From a virus (taxonomy: Duplodnaviria > Heunggongvirae > Uroviricota > Caudoviricetes), in the IMG/VR virus record IMGVR_UViG_3300018080_000104, positions 131,454 to 195,453 of that record: a stretch of 64,000 nt of DNA; one strand, 5' to 3'. The notes beneath the pieces were generated by a model. It was not told the DNA's origin, ran no database searches, and was given only the letters and a program-made list of their open reading frames with translations. Made by a program: the position numbers and the translations under genes. Within the stretch, counting starts at the first letter, position 1. Each line of letters opens with the position of its first letter. Shown one piece after another: positions 19,729 through 28,257 of this stretch.

Positions 19729-20602
19729 GTCGATCTCGCGGAATGTTTGATTCTGCCGTAAAATGAATCGGCGGCACGCCGCCAGTGCGCTGCAAAGCAC
19801 GTCGTCGCATCGCTTCTTCAGTGATCGCAGGCTCGCTGCGTTTACGAATAAAATCGTAAGACAGCTTGCCCGATATCAGCGCTGCCAGAATTGCTGCGGC
19901 CGTAATTGCTCCGCCGGTATATTTAAGCCCGCGATCGGTGGCGTCAAATAATGATGCTTGCTTTTCCAGCTCGGGCATGACTGCCGCCGTTATCGTATCC
20001 AGGAGTTGATCATCGCTGCGCTTTTTCAGTCCAGTGGCTATCTCTTCTTGATACTGCTGTTTGATGTCTTCCAGCTCTTTTTCTTTTTCGGACCGACGTC
20101 GCCAGTCCATAAATGCATCAGTGCCTTTGTAGCCGGCAAGCGCTGCCATTCCGGCTGCAGGAATTCCCAGCCCCATTACGGCCGGTATGCCGAAATAGGT
20201 TCTAGCCTTTGTTCCGCCTTGCCACCAACCGGGGCCTTTCAGCAGATTTTCGTAAATCAGCTCTGCAAGCCTGCCGCTTATGCCACTGCGGAATTCCGGC
20301 GCCCTTTCAGCAGTCTTAAGCTGTCCCAGCTTCTCTTCTTCCTCTTCTTCTACGGGCTTTATCGAAGGCAACTGTACTCGCTGCGCATACGGTGAAGGCA
20401 GTTTCGGCAGTTTGCTGCCACGAAATGCGCGCCCTACGCCCATCGCGCCGCGAGTTAACACGCCAGCGCCCAATGCAGCTAGAATTAGATCGACCATGTA
20501 TTGCGAAGCTTCGCGCCGCAAGCCGGTCTGCACCGGCGTCAATTCGACTTTGCCAGCAAACTTAGTCAGGGCTTCGTAGCGTAAAGTAGTTGGGGCTTCC
20601 AT
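19703..20602 (-). CDS. Hypothetical protein, 299 aa, with a glycine-zipper-like hydrophobic segment.
   Basis: SD GGGAGtaacgggaATG. Poly-Glu run (EEEEEE). Confidence 0.5.
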   Translation of the reverse strand: MEAPTTLRYEALTKFAGKVELTPVQTGLRREASQYMVDLILAALGAGVLTRGAMGVGRAFRGSKLPKLPSPYAQRVQLPSIKPVEEEEEEKLGQLKTAERAPEFRSGISGRLAELIYENLLKGPGWWQGGTKARTYFGIPAVMGLGIPAAGMAALAGYKGTDAFMDWRRRSEKEKELEDIKQQYQEEIATGLKKRSDDQLLDTITAAVMPELEKQASLFDATDRGLKYTGGAITAAAILAALISGKLSYDFIRKRSEPAITEEAMRRRALQRTGGVPPIHFTAESNIPRDRHDNPSYAA

Positions 20603-20960
20603 TCCCGTTACTCCCTAATTCGATGTTATTCGGCAATTGTGTATACAGCTGCGACCATTCGATGTATACCCAATATTTTTTTGCTTCGATGTCCCAGTGA
20701 CGTTCTACGAAATCGCAGACAAATAATCCATTCTTGATGCGGTCTCGTACCCACGCATAAATCTTCGATTGCTCTTCGTCGCCCAGATCAAATAATCGAT
20801 GGTGCGCTGTTGCAACCGTTGGAAGTTGTGCCAGCTCCCTCTTCTTCAAATTCGGCGCAGCTTCTCCGCGGAATGGTAGTCCATTGACTCCGGGCCAATG
20901 TAATTTTCCTCCGTGACGATCGTCCTGCTCGCCGAAATATTTTGATGTAGCGTGTAGCAT
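20562..20960 (-). CDS. Hypothetical protein, 132 aa.
   Basis: ORF with the same gene polarity and spacing as its neighbours. Confidence 0.4.
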   Translation of the reverse strand: MLHATSKYFGEQDDRHGGKLHWPGVNGLPFRGEAAPNLKKRELAQLPTVATAHHRLFDLGDEEQSKIYAWVRDRIKNGLFVCDFVERHWDIEAKKYWVYIEWSQLYTQLPNNIELGSNGNGSPNYFTLRSPD

Positions 20961-20964
20961 CGTT

Positions 20965-21387
20965 TCAAGCTAGCGTCCGTTGCCGTCGAGATCGTTTAAG
21001 CTGATCAATAGCCCTTGCATATTCGGCAATCTCTTCGTCAGTCTTTGCCTCATCCTTATCATACGTGCTCTCTTGCAGTTTGGCTGCTGTCGCGCCCAGC
21101 CCTGCGCCGACCAGCGGCGGTCCGGCCAATAATGCGAGCAGCGAAGCGTTCAGCGCAAAAGGCGCGACTGCCTTAATTCCTGCGGCGGCTAGGCCCGCGC
21201 CGCCGCGAATTATTGGGCCGATAATAGGAATCTCTGCGTTTTTCACGAAGATAGATTTGCCAGATGCTGCAGCAACTTTCACCAAAGCGGCCGCTTTAGC
21301 CAGCCTCGCATGTGTAGCCTCCTCGGATAATCCTTCCTGTGCACATTGCATCAAGAACCCGAATTTGAACGCTTCCTGGCTCGTCAT
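20965..21387 (-). CDS. Hypothetical Gly/Ala-rich membrane-like protein, 140 aa.
   Basis: SD GGAGGtagtaATG. Confidence 0.5.
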   Translation of the reverse strand: MTSQEAFKFGFLMQCAQEGLSEEATHARLAKAAALVKVAAASGKSIFVKNAEIPIIGPIIRGGAGLAAAGIKAVAPFALNASLLALLAGPPLVGAGLGATAAKLQESTYDKDEAKTDEEIAEYARAIDQLKRSRRQRTLA

Positions 21388-21389
21388 TA

Positions 21390-21893
21390 CTACCTCCGTG
21401 CAGAAAAGGCTCGCCGTATCTGTTCGGCTGCCGCAGGGTCAAATGTCAGATCGGGCGTAACCTGTACACCATTGAGCAGCATGCTTCGTGGATCGTCCAT
21501 CTGTATTTTGTACTTCGGCCCACCGACCGGTCCCAATATGCTGTTGATTTCGCCTGGCGTGATGATAGAGCTGCGCCGTTTATGCTTTCGCAGATGTTCC
21601 AAAACTCCGGGATCTCCGGGATCGCCCTGTGCTTTGGCTATTTTACAGATTTCGGTGGCCTGCTCCAACAGACGATTGGCCTTAGAAGCTTCATCGGGAT
21701 ACTTGTCGCCGACAGCCTGGCGGATACTGATGGCCCGTTTCATGAATTCGCCGGGGCGGATCCGCTGAATTGCTCTATGCGGATCAGCCGTGTCGTCAGC
21801 AGCCATATCCTGGTCGATAATGGTTATCATCCCTCGCTGGGCATAGAATTCCAATCCTCTCCAGTGATAATGGCGGCTTTCTGTAGGGGGCAT
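21390..21893 (-). CDS. Hypothetical protein, 167 aa.
   Basis: Internal ATG at 21893 follows AAGGAGattgcc. The track ORF start at 21941 lacks an SD. Confidence 0.5.
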   Translation of the reverse strand: MPPTESRHYHWRGLEFYAQRGMITIIDQDMAADDTADPHRAIQRIRPGEFMKRAISIRQAVGDKYPDEASKANRLLEQATEICKIAKAQGDPGDPGVLEHLRKHKRRSSIITPGEINSILGPVGGPKYKIQMDDPRSMLLNGVQVTPDLTFDPAAAEQIRRAFSARR

Positions 21894-22011
21894 GGCAATC
21901 TCCTTGACTTTTATGGTACAGGATTTCCTGTGCCGTGTCATTCTCGATTGCTACATCATACCCCACCAACAGGCCATAGATCAAGATGTGCTCAGCCAAA
22001 TCTGTGATTTT

Positions 22012-22656
22012 TTACCTGCGGTATCCAGGTGGCTGCCGCAAACTGCATCGTTTTGCGGCCTTAGTATAGCTGCGATTACGGCGCCGCGCTGCGGACATAG
22101 TTTGCGGTTTTTGCGACTTGCCGTGCGTCGGTATGTAACGTCCGAGATATTTTTGGTAAATATCGTTGCCGAGCATTTCGCGGCACACGGCATGGCTTCT
22201 TATGATTTCCTGCTGCGTGGGCGCCCGTCTTATATACTTGACTCGCTTGTTCCTGTGGTATATGCGCAACCCACGATTGTACTCTTGGTCAAAATCGCTA
22301 AACGGCGTATATGGTGCTTCCAACCAGTCAAGGATTGCATATATGCCTGCTTCCGTGATCAGTTCCTCGAAGTAGACCATCTTTTTAGGATGCGAGCACG
22401 CATCGAAAAACTTGATATTTTGAATGTAAACTTGGAACGGGTGCTTAGTAGTATGCCGCCTCGCAAAACTCCAAGCCGGATCCCGCACTAACAATACTAG
22501 GCTATCAAACTGCCCAGTGAGGAAGCATTGTTTATGCTTTTTTGGGGCAATCCGGTGCAATTTTACTGGCGGCGGACAATGCGCAATTATATTGAATGCG
22601 CGGCCGAACCAAGTAATTCCGCTCCGAGGATAAGCGGCGACGAGTGCCTTTCGCAT
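22012..22656 (-). CDS. Sulfotransferase-family protein.
   Basis: AAYPRSGITW matches the 5'-PSB loop of sulfotransferases (PKSGTTW). This is the last minus-strand gene before the strand switch. Confidence 0.5.
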   Translation of the reverse strand: MRKALVAAYPRSGITWFGRAFNIIAHCPPPVKLHRIAPKKHKQCFLTGQFDSLVLLVRDPAWSFARRHTTKHPFQVYIQNIKFFDACSHPKKMVYFEELITEAGIYAILDWLEAPYTPFSDFDQEYNRGLRIYHRNKRVKYIRRAPTQQEIIRSHAVCREMLGNDIYQKYLGRYIPTHGKSQKPQTMSAARRRNRSYTKAAKRCSLRQPPGYRR

Positions 22657-22865
22657 GACATTCCCTTGTCAACGGGCCGATATTGCTACTACAGCCTTCC
22701 AGGCTGCCCGATGATACCATATATCGAATAGCGTGTCATTGTGAGTAATGTGCAGTATACCCACTTCTGGGCCGAATTTTTCAGGGTTTACCATTGCATT
22801 CTGCCGGCAATGTTGCTACTTTTAGCGTTAGATGCAGCAACTATGCCTTTTCCAGGAGATTGCCG

Positions 22866-23243
22866 ATGTCACGCGCCGCCGATGAGTTCTACGATACCAT
22901 CGTCATCGCATCCACCAGAAATAGTGATGTCTGCAAGTTCCGAGGCAAAATGCGGGACCGCGCCGCTAAATGCATCATGGCCGTCTGGCCGGCAACAGCA
23001 GCAGACCAGGACGAATTGCCTATCTCCAAGGACGATCTGATGGCACAGGCAAAAGCCAAATACAAACAGGTCTATGGCAATCCGCTATTCATATACTTTC
23101 TGACCATAATCATCCAAGTGCTCGCAGAAATGCTGCTCGAATGGTGGCGAAATCGACAGCAAATGCGCGGAGCGTTCTTGGAATGCGCGACGATTTGCCG
23201 CAACGCCGACGAGCTGGATAAATGCTTTGCTAACAGGAGCTAA
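22866..23243 (+). CDS. Hypothetical protein, 125 aa.
   Basis: ATG 22866 follows AGGAGattgccg. First gene of the plus-strand block. Confidence 0.45.
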   Translation: MSRAADEFYDTIVIASTRNSDVCKFRGKMRDRAAKCIMAVWPATAADQDELPISKDDLMAQAKAKYKQVYGNPLFIYFLTIIIQVLAEMLLEWWRNRQQMRGAFLECATICRNADELDKCFANRS

Positions 23244-23246
23244 ACA

Positions 23247-24035
23247 ATGCCAACTAGAAAACTTTTGCCGATTTTGTTGCTCTGTTTCGCAGGAATTGTC
23301 GGATGTACTACAAGCAACACACCGACAGTGAAACCGGTTGCTCTAATAACCGGCGATGATTACTGTGCCGCGGGTGACGCTGCCAAGATTTCGTTCAAAG
23401 GCTCGTCCGGTGCCAAAATTCTGTGGAAGGCAATGCCCGAAAAAGAAGAACTTCGCATGTTCGAGCTTCGTGACGGCGATCTGCTGTATTTGCCCAACCA
23501 GTGCGGAGTTACCAACATCGTGCTAGTCGCTATAAGCGATAACGACGGAGCGATGGCAACACACGAAATCATCGTCGGGCCCGGCCCGAAGCCCGATCCG
23601 AATCCGAATCCGAATCCGAATCCGAATCCTGGTCCGGCGACAGGTCTGAAAAAGCTGGCCATAGACCTGGCAAATACGCACATCACGACCGATCGAGTTG
23701 CCGATGGAAACAAGCTCGGCGATGCCATTGCAAAAGTTTGCGCAAACGCCAATAACTACAGCACCCCCCAGCTATTTCGCGAAGGCGTCCGGCAAGCCTG
23801 CCATGATGCTCTCGATATCAAGGTTTACGACTGGGAACCTGTTAGTGCCGGCATCGCCAACGCGATCAACAACATGGTACAACAGGGCAAAATCACAACG
23901 GTGGCGGACTATGCTAAAGCGTGGGCAGAAGTCGCCGAGGGTTTCAAAAGTCTTCAACATCAAATCCAACAAAAGGTGACCTACAATGGACGGAATCGAA
24001 CGTCTTTGCGGCTGGCAATACAAAATTGCGGGTGA
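23247..24035 (+). CDS. Putative lipoprotein with a PDPNPNPNPNPNP linker.
   Basis: Signal peptide plus Cys (LLLCFAGIVGC). SD AGGAGctaaacaATG. Confidence 0.6.
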   Translation: MPTRKLLPILLLCFAGIVGCTTSNTPTVKPVALITGDDYCAAGDAAKISFKGSSGAKILWKAMPEKEELRMFELRDGDLLYLPNQCGVTNIVLVAISDNDGAMATHEIIVGPGPKPDPNPNPNPNPNPGPATGLKKLAIDLANTHITTDRVADGNKLGDAIAKVCANANNYSTPQLFREGVRQACHDALDIKVYDWEPVSAGIANAINNMVQQGKITTVADYAKAWAEVAEGFKSLQHQIQQKVTYNGRNRTSLRLAIQNCG

Positions 24036-24885
24036 AGAATTTGCTCGTCTTGCTAGTCTGTTCCTGCCGTTTGTTTTTCAGGGCGATGCGCGTAATACGC
24101 CCGGCACGCCAATCTGGGATATTGCCAGAAAAGTGCTTGGCGGCAAACTGCCGCCGACGTGGCACCAGCAATCTGGCGACTGTGTGAGCACTGGCGCAGT
24201 CCAGGCTGGCCAATACGTACAGCTATTCGAAATGTCACGGCTTGGACAAGAAGAATTGTTCAAGCTGTGGTTTCCGCCGTATATCTACGCGACTAGTCGT
24301 GTAGATATCGGCGGCGGTCGCCTAGGACGGGATGCGGGCTCCACCGGGGCCTGGGCAGCACAAGCCATGCAACGCCTTGGCGTGCTGTTCATGGACGACC
24401 CAGGCGTTCCCCAGTACAGCGGCAGTCTCGCCGATGAATGGGGTTACCGGGGAGCCCCCGACCAATTTAAGCGGCTGGCAGCCGACAACCCGGTCAAAGG
24501 CGCTGCAGCACTATCGACAGTTGATGAAATCCGCCTAGCATTGTGCAACTATAAAATCTGCACGTATGCCATCATGTGGCCGTATGACACGAACCCGTAC
24601 ACCGCCAAAGGCAAATCGGGTAAAGAGTATCCAGTGATGAGGCGGTCACGCGAAGTAGGCGGGCATCAAGTCTGTCTGCTACACTGGAACGACGATATCG
24701 ACGGTGCTTTTTGCCTGAACTCCTGGAGTGACCGCGTCCACGGGCCCAGCCTGAATGGAGAGCCCAAAGGCGGCGCTTATATCCTGCGCAGAGACATCCA
24801 GCGGGACTTGGGTGGCTATTCCGAAGTCTATGCTTTGTCCGGTTTCCAGGGATTCAAGGGAGAAGCCGACTACGGCTTTGTATGA
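23986..24885 (+). CDS. Cysteine peptidase (papain / NlpC-P60 / CHAP-like). Candidate endolysin or virion lysin.
   Basis: Cys block QQSGDCVSTGAVQ and His block GGHQVCLLHW at the spacing typical of Cys/His peptidases. It is followed by two small 2-TM proteins. Confidence 0.45.
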   Translation: MDGIERLCGWQYKIAGEEFARLASLFLPFVFQGDARNTPGTPIWDIARKVLGGKLPPTWHQQSGDCVSTGAVQAGQYVQLFEMSRLGQEELFKLWFPPYIYATSRVDIGGGRLGRDAGSTGAWAAQAMQRLGVLFMDDPGVPQYSGSLADEWGYRGAPDQFKRLAADNPVKGAAALSTVDEIRLALCNYKICTYAIMWPYDTNPYTAKGKSGKEYPVMRRSREVGGHQVCLLHWNDDIDGAFCLNSWSDRVHGPSLNGEPKGGAYILRRDIQRDLGGYSEVYALSGFQGFKGEADYGFV

Positions 24886-25112
24886 TGATCCATAAGACAC
24901 TCAAACATGGCTGCTTTTGGTTAGGCATTGTCATGGTCGCTATCTGGACGCTCTTTGCGCTCGCAACGATCTGGTTCAATGGCGTCAATGATACGATGTA
25001 TCGTATCGGAATGTCCGCTATTGCGATCTTCGTCAGCTCGCTCGGCGTACTGATGCTGGAAAGTTTCATATTCGGTGAATCCAAGCCGGAAGACAAAAAG
25101 GCGGAAGAATAG
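24882..25112 (+). CDS. Small membrane protein with two TM helices (holin-like candidate).
   Basis: 76 aa. Paralogous to the next ORF (shared CxWLGI...W...A.IW.N....T..RIG motif). Confidence 0.5.
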   Translation: MMIHKTLKHGCFWLGIVMVAIWTLFALATIWFNGVNDTMYRIGMSAIAIFVSSLGVLMLESFIFGESKPEDKKAEE

Positions 25113-25126
25113 CTACCGCGTATACG

Positions 25127-25336
25127 ATGGTCATACAAAAGCTGATTCAGTACATCTGCCCTTGGCTCGGCATCGCTGTAACTGTTGTCTGGCTGTATCG
25201 CGCAATTGCAGCAATTTGGACTAATAGCAGCTACAACACGTCGTCCCGCATTGGATTGATTGTTTTTGCAGGATTTATCGGCACGATCGGCATATGGATG
25301 CTGAGCGGCATTATGCGGAACGAAACAGAAGACTGA
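25127..25336 (+). CDS. Small membrane protein with two TM helices, paralog of the preceding ORF.
   Basis: 69 aa. Tandem duplicate. Confidence 0.5.
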   Translation: MVIQKLIQYICPWLGIAVTVVWLYRAIAAIWTNSSYNTSSRIGLIVFAGFIGTIGIWMLSGIMRNETED

Positions 25337-25510
25337 AAATTAGCGTGCGAACCGATCCAAACCAGCCGTCCTAGCTTTACTAACAACGGTTTAACCAAAA
25401 GGGGGAAACCTTTTGTCCCGTATTGCGATACGGAGATCCATGAAAAGAACTGTAGATAGTAATCTGTCCTACAACAGATGCTGGGACGGCTGCAAATCAG
25501 GGAGGAGATA

Positions 25511-25585
25511 ATGACTGCAGAAGAACTGTTATTGTGCTCCATTCATAATGCCGCAAGCAGCCGCCAAACCAGGTGCCTCGCGTAG
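25511..25585 (+). CDS. Candidate 24-aa leader or mini-ORF (MTAEELLLCSIHNAASSRQTRCLA).
   Basis: Perfect SD GGGAGGAGataATG inside a 296-bp intergenic region. A CGCGT-agc-ACGCG hairpin overlaps its stop. Confidence 0.25.
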   Translation: MTAEELLLCSIHNAASSRQTRCLA

Positions 25586-25632
25586 CACGCGGCCAAAACG
25601 ACTATGTCGGGGCATCAGGATAGGGCCAGACA

Positions 25633-25887
25633 ATGAAACATAATTTCAAATTTTACCAATGCACGCTAGAAAAGCACGGATGTAACAACGTACGAATAGA
25701 AACAGCGTGGATCTGTGCCAAATATGCGCATGTCGGAAACGTCGTACGTATTTGCGGCATTGATGGCTGGAAAATTAAAGCGGTCGGCGCAGGTGCTGAT
25801 AAGTTACCCGATTGGCGTAAAGCAATCCGCATACACGAAACTGCAACAGGAGACAATTTGCCGAAAGCCGTGCCATGCATAAAATAA
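25633..25887 (+). CDS. Hypothetical Cys-containing small protein, 84 aa.
   Basis: ORF follows the long intergenic region. Weak SD. Confidence 0.4.
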   Translation: MKHNFKFYQCTLEKHGCNNVRIETAWICAKYAHVGNVVRICGIDGWKIKAVGAGADKLPDWRKAIRIHETATGDNLPKAVPCIK

Positions 25888-26057
25888 CGAGACGCGAAGC
25901 AATCCGGCTAGCAATTGCTGCCGCTGTCACTACAGCGGTCGGTAAACTGCCAACACCGCAGCCGCGGCCCTATTGTCTTGAATTCTATTGTTATGAGACA
26001 GTTGGCGCAGCTATCGGTCACACAGCGTCACGAGATGTGTTTATCAATCCCAAATGA
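25875..26057 (+). CDS. Small hypothetical protein, 60 aa, with an RR-containing N-terminus (TAT-like: TRREAIRLAIAAAV).
   Basis: Fills the gap before the methyltransferase gene. Weak SD. Confidence 0.3.
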   Translation: MHKITRREAIRLAIAAAVTTAVGKLPTPQPRPYCLEFYCYETVGAAIGHTASRDVFINPK

Positions 26058-26070
26058 GAGGAGTATTCCG

Positions 26071-27060
26071 ATGAAATTACGACTGTGGTTCTTACGTCCT
26101 GCATTGCTTTCGCGTATTCTGCTCTTTGCATTTATCGTTACGGTCATGCTTATGACTGTTGTGTTCTTTGCAAACGGGATTGCCGCCGGCGCAGAATCCT
26201 GGTCATGGCCGGGCTATCCCGACAAGGGCGCTCTCGGCACATATTTGATGAGCCGACATAATTACAAACAAGCCCAACTCGAACAATGGACATTCAATCA
26301 ATGGCGGGAAGTCCACGACAAGATCCAGAACCAGAACAGGACTAAAGGCTACGTCATCGAACATGTTCCCGGCTTAGTGGACATGGGTCTTTCACGCGGC
26401 TGCGGCAATCCCGCCTGCGTTATGTGTTACGGCTACGATCGCCGAGTGCCAGCCTGGGATACCAGCTTGCAGCAAGTAGCACCGCCCGTACAACCGCCGC
26501 CGGTACAAAAATTGCCTAGAGAGCCAGTACTAATCCAAACTGAATCTGCCCACAAGCCGGCCGCACAAGCGCCCACACCGCAATGGGTTGTTGACGAAGC
26601 GCTGAAATTTGCCGATGTTAAGAAAACCGATCACGTCTGCGATCTTGGCAGCGGCGACGGGCGCGTTATTGTTACAGCAGCTAAAACATACGGGTGTCGA
26701 GCAACCGGCGTAGAGCGAGATGCCGCTCAGTACATCGCTTCGAAAGATGCTGCCAAAGGGTTACCAGTGCATGTCATCCATGGCGATATACTGGATGCTA
26801 AAGATCTCAGTGAAATCGACGTCGTGTATATGTATCTGTATCCGGAATTGATCAAGAAGCTCATTCCATTACTAAGTACGCTGAAAGAAGGTTCGCGGAT
26901 CGTAACCTATTTCCATGAAATTCCCGATTTACTGGCAGATAGATCTCTGACCATCCAAGCCGAAGACGGCAAACATACGCTATACCTTCTTACCGTTAAG
27001 CACGATACATTCGATGCGATCATGCATGACACTAAATCCGACGACGACAAACAGCAATAG
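26071..27060 (+). CDS. Membrane-anchored class I SAM-dependent methyltransferase.
   Basis: ATG 26071 follows GAGAGGAGtattccg. N-terminal TM helix. Motif I VCDLGSGDGRV and a downstream acidic loop (VERD). Confidence 0.65.
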   Translation: MKLRLWFLRPALLSRILLFAFIVTVMLMTVVFFANGIAAGAESWSWPGYPDKGALGTYLMSRHNYKQAQLEQWTFNQWREVHDKIQNQNRTKGYVIEHVPGLVDMGLSRGCGNPACVMCYGYDRRVPAWDTSLQQVAPPVQPPPVQKLPREPVLIQTESAHKPAAQAPTPQWVVDEALKFADVKKTDHVCDLGSGDGRVIVTAAKTYGCRATGVERDAAQYIASKDAAKGLPVHVIHGDILDAKDLSEIDVVYMYLYPELIKKLIPLLSTLKEGSRIVTYFHEIPDLLADRSLTIQAEDGKHTLYLLTVKHDTFDAIMHDTKSDDDKQQ

Positions 27061-27079
27061 TTTTAGCGAAAGGGATACT

Positions 27080-27439
27080 ATGCCGCAGATTCGCAGATAC
27101 CATCTGGGAGACTCGGGCTGCCAGCCGCAAGAAGTAACAAGCTATGTGCTAGTCGACCCAGATGAATTGGACAGACTTGAAGCCGAAACTGCCCAGCTGC
27201 GACAAGCAATTGGCAAATGGCAGGAGTGCGTCGTTCAATCGGCAGAATTGGAAGAATCGCTGAAAGAGCAGATTGTTCGGTTGGAAACTGCGGCAGAGGA
27301 CAAAAACAGCTGCCGCGAACTGCTGCTGGCCAGACTCGCAATCAGAATAGCCAACGCAATTGTGCCGACCCCCGATTTTCGCTATGACGCAGTGTCCCAT
27401 ATTCAACAAATTTTGGCAGAAGAGCTGTACAACGAATGA
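27080..27439 (+). CDS. Hypothetical coiled-coil protein, 119 aa.
   Basis: ATG follows AAGGGAtact. Confidence 0.45.
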   Translation: MPQIRRYHLGDSGCQPQEVTSYVLVDPDELDRLEAETAQLRQAIGKWQECVVQSAELEESLKEQIVRLETAAEDKNSCRELLLARLAIRIANAIVPTPDFRYDAVSHIQQILAEELYNE

Positions 27440-27448
27440 GGTAGAACT

Positions 27449-27667
27449 ATGATCCAGTACATTGGTGGCATCGTTGTCTTACTGTGGATTGCTGCCGGTA
27501 GCGTACTCGGCCAACGCTATTACCGGCAGCTTCGCGACGAGCAGGGCTATTCGCCGTGGCCTGCAATGCTGCGGGCAGTTATTCTGGGCTTTAGCCGTCC
27601 GCCCTGGTTACTTGTCAAAGGCGCCTGGGGCATCCTTTCGCTGGGCTTCATCAGAAAGAAGAAATAA
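27449..27667 (+). CDS. Small membrane protein, 72 aa.
   Basis: SD GAGGTagaactATG. Hydrophobic N-terminus. Confidence 0.45.
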   Translation: MIQYIGGIVVLLWIAAGSVLGQRYYRQLRDEQGYSPWPAMLRAVILGFSRPPWLLVKGAWGILSLGFIRKKK

Positions 27668-27669
27668 CA

Positions 27670-28257
27670 ATGCGAATCATTCAATGGCTGCTAAAACTGC
27701 TCGGTAGCAAAATCTGGAGCTGGCTAGCTCCGTTCCTGGTCTGGATTGCCGTTGCCGGCGGTGCCGTACTATTCATGGTCTTCGCACAATCCGTTACGGC
27801 CATGAAAGCCATCGGCAGCGTGTTGTGGTACAGTCTATGGCTGCTCGGACTTCCGCTGGCAGCCGTCGTCAGCATTGTCGAAAAACTGGCTGCCTGGCGG
27901 GCAGAAGTGTCCGGCACGCCTATAGCCAAGACCAGGCCGATCGTATCTGGCTGGATTACACTGGCCCTGTTGTTCGGTTTTGTAGTACTATCAATACGGG
28001 GATGCATGCTGACTCCAGGGCCGAATCCCGGCCCGCCGCCTGGCCCCAATCCCGGACCGCAGCCCGGACCCGAACCACAACCGTGGGATCCTGTTCCAGT
28101 TCCATCAGAATGGGAAATTTGGTTTAACAACCACAAACGTAACTGCAAACAATGCTCTCGGCCGTGGACGCCAATGTGCCGGGAAGCTCGGGAAATGCGA
28201 CGGAAACTGACCGGATCTATAAACGAATGGATACCAGCACAGGAGCAAGACCAATGA
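27670..28257 (+). CDS. Membrane protein with a PGPNPGPPPGPNPGPQPGPEPQP linker.
   Basis: Three to four TM segments. The stop overlaps the next start (ATGA). Confidence 0.5.
   Translation: MRIIQWLLKLLGSKIWSWLAPFLVWIAVAGGAVLFMVFAQSVTAMKAIGSVLWYSLWLLGLPLAAVVSIVEKLAAWRAEVSGTPIAKTRPIVSGWITLALLFGFVVLSIRGCMLTPGPNPGPPPGPNPGPQPGPEPQPWDPVPVPSEWEIWFNNHKRNCKQCSRPWTPMCREAREMRRKLTGSINEWIPAQEQDQ

Noticed and set aside
12400-19800. Reading the split beta' as evidence of a cyanobacterial or plastid host chromosome (rpoC1/rpoC2).
   Set aside because: Beta is fused to beta'-N rather than being separate. Both proteins are far shorter than cyanobacterial ones. Unrelated genes intervene. The surrounding genes are phage structural and orphan genes with strong SD sites.
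15352-19800. Track start at 19800 (MLCSALAACRRF...) for the RNAP fusion gene.
   Set aside because: The N-terminal 24 codons overlap the upstream gene by about 100 nt and are Cys/Arg-rich. ATG 19728 (MTIPLMQLDG) gives a plausible N-terminus with only a short overlap.
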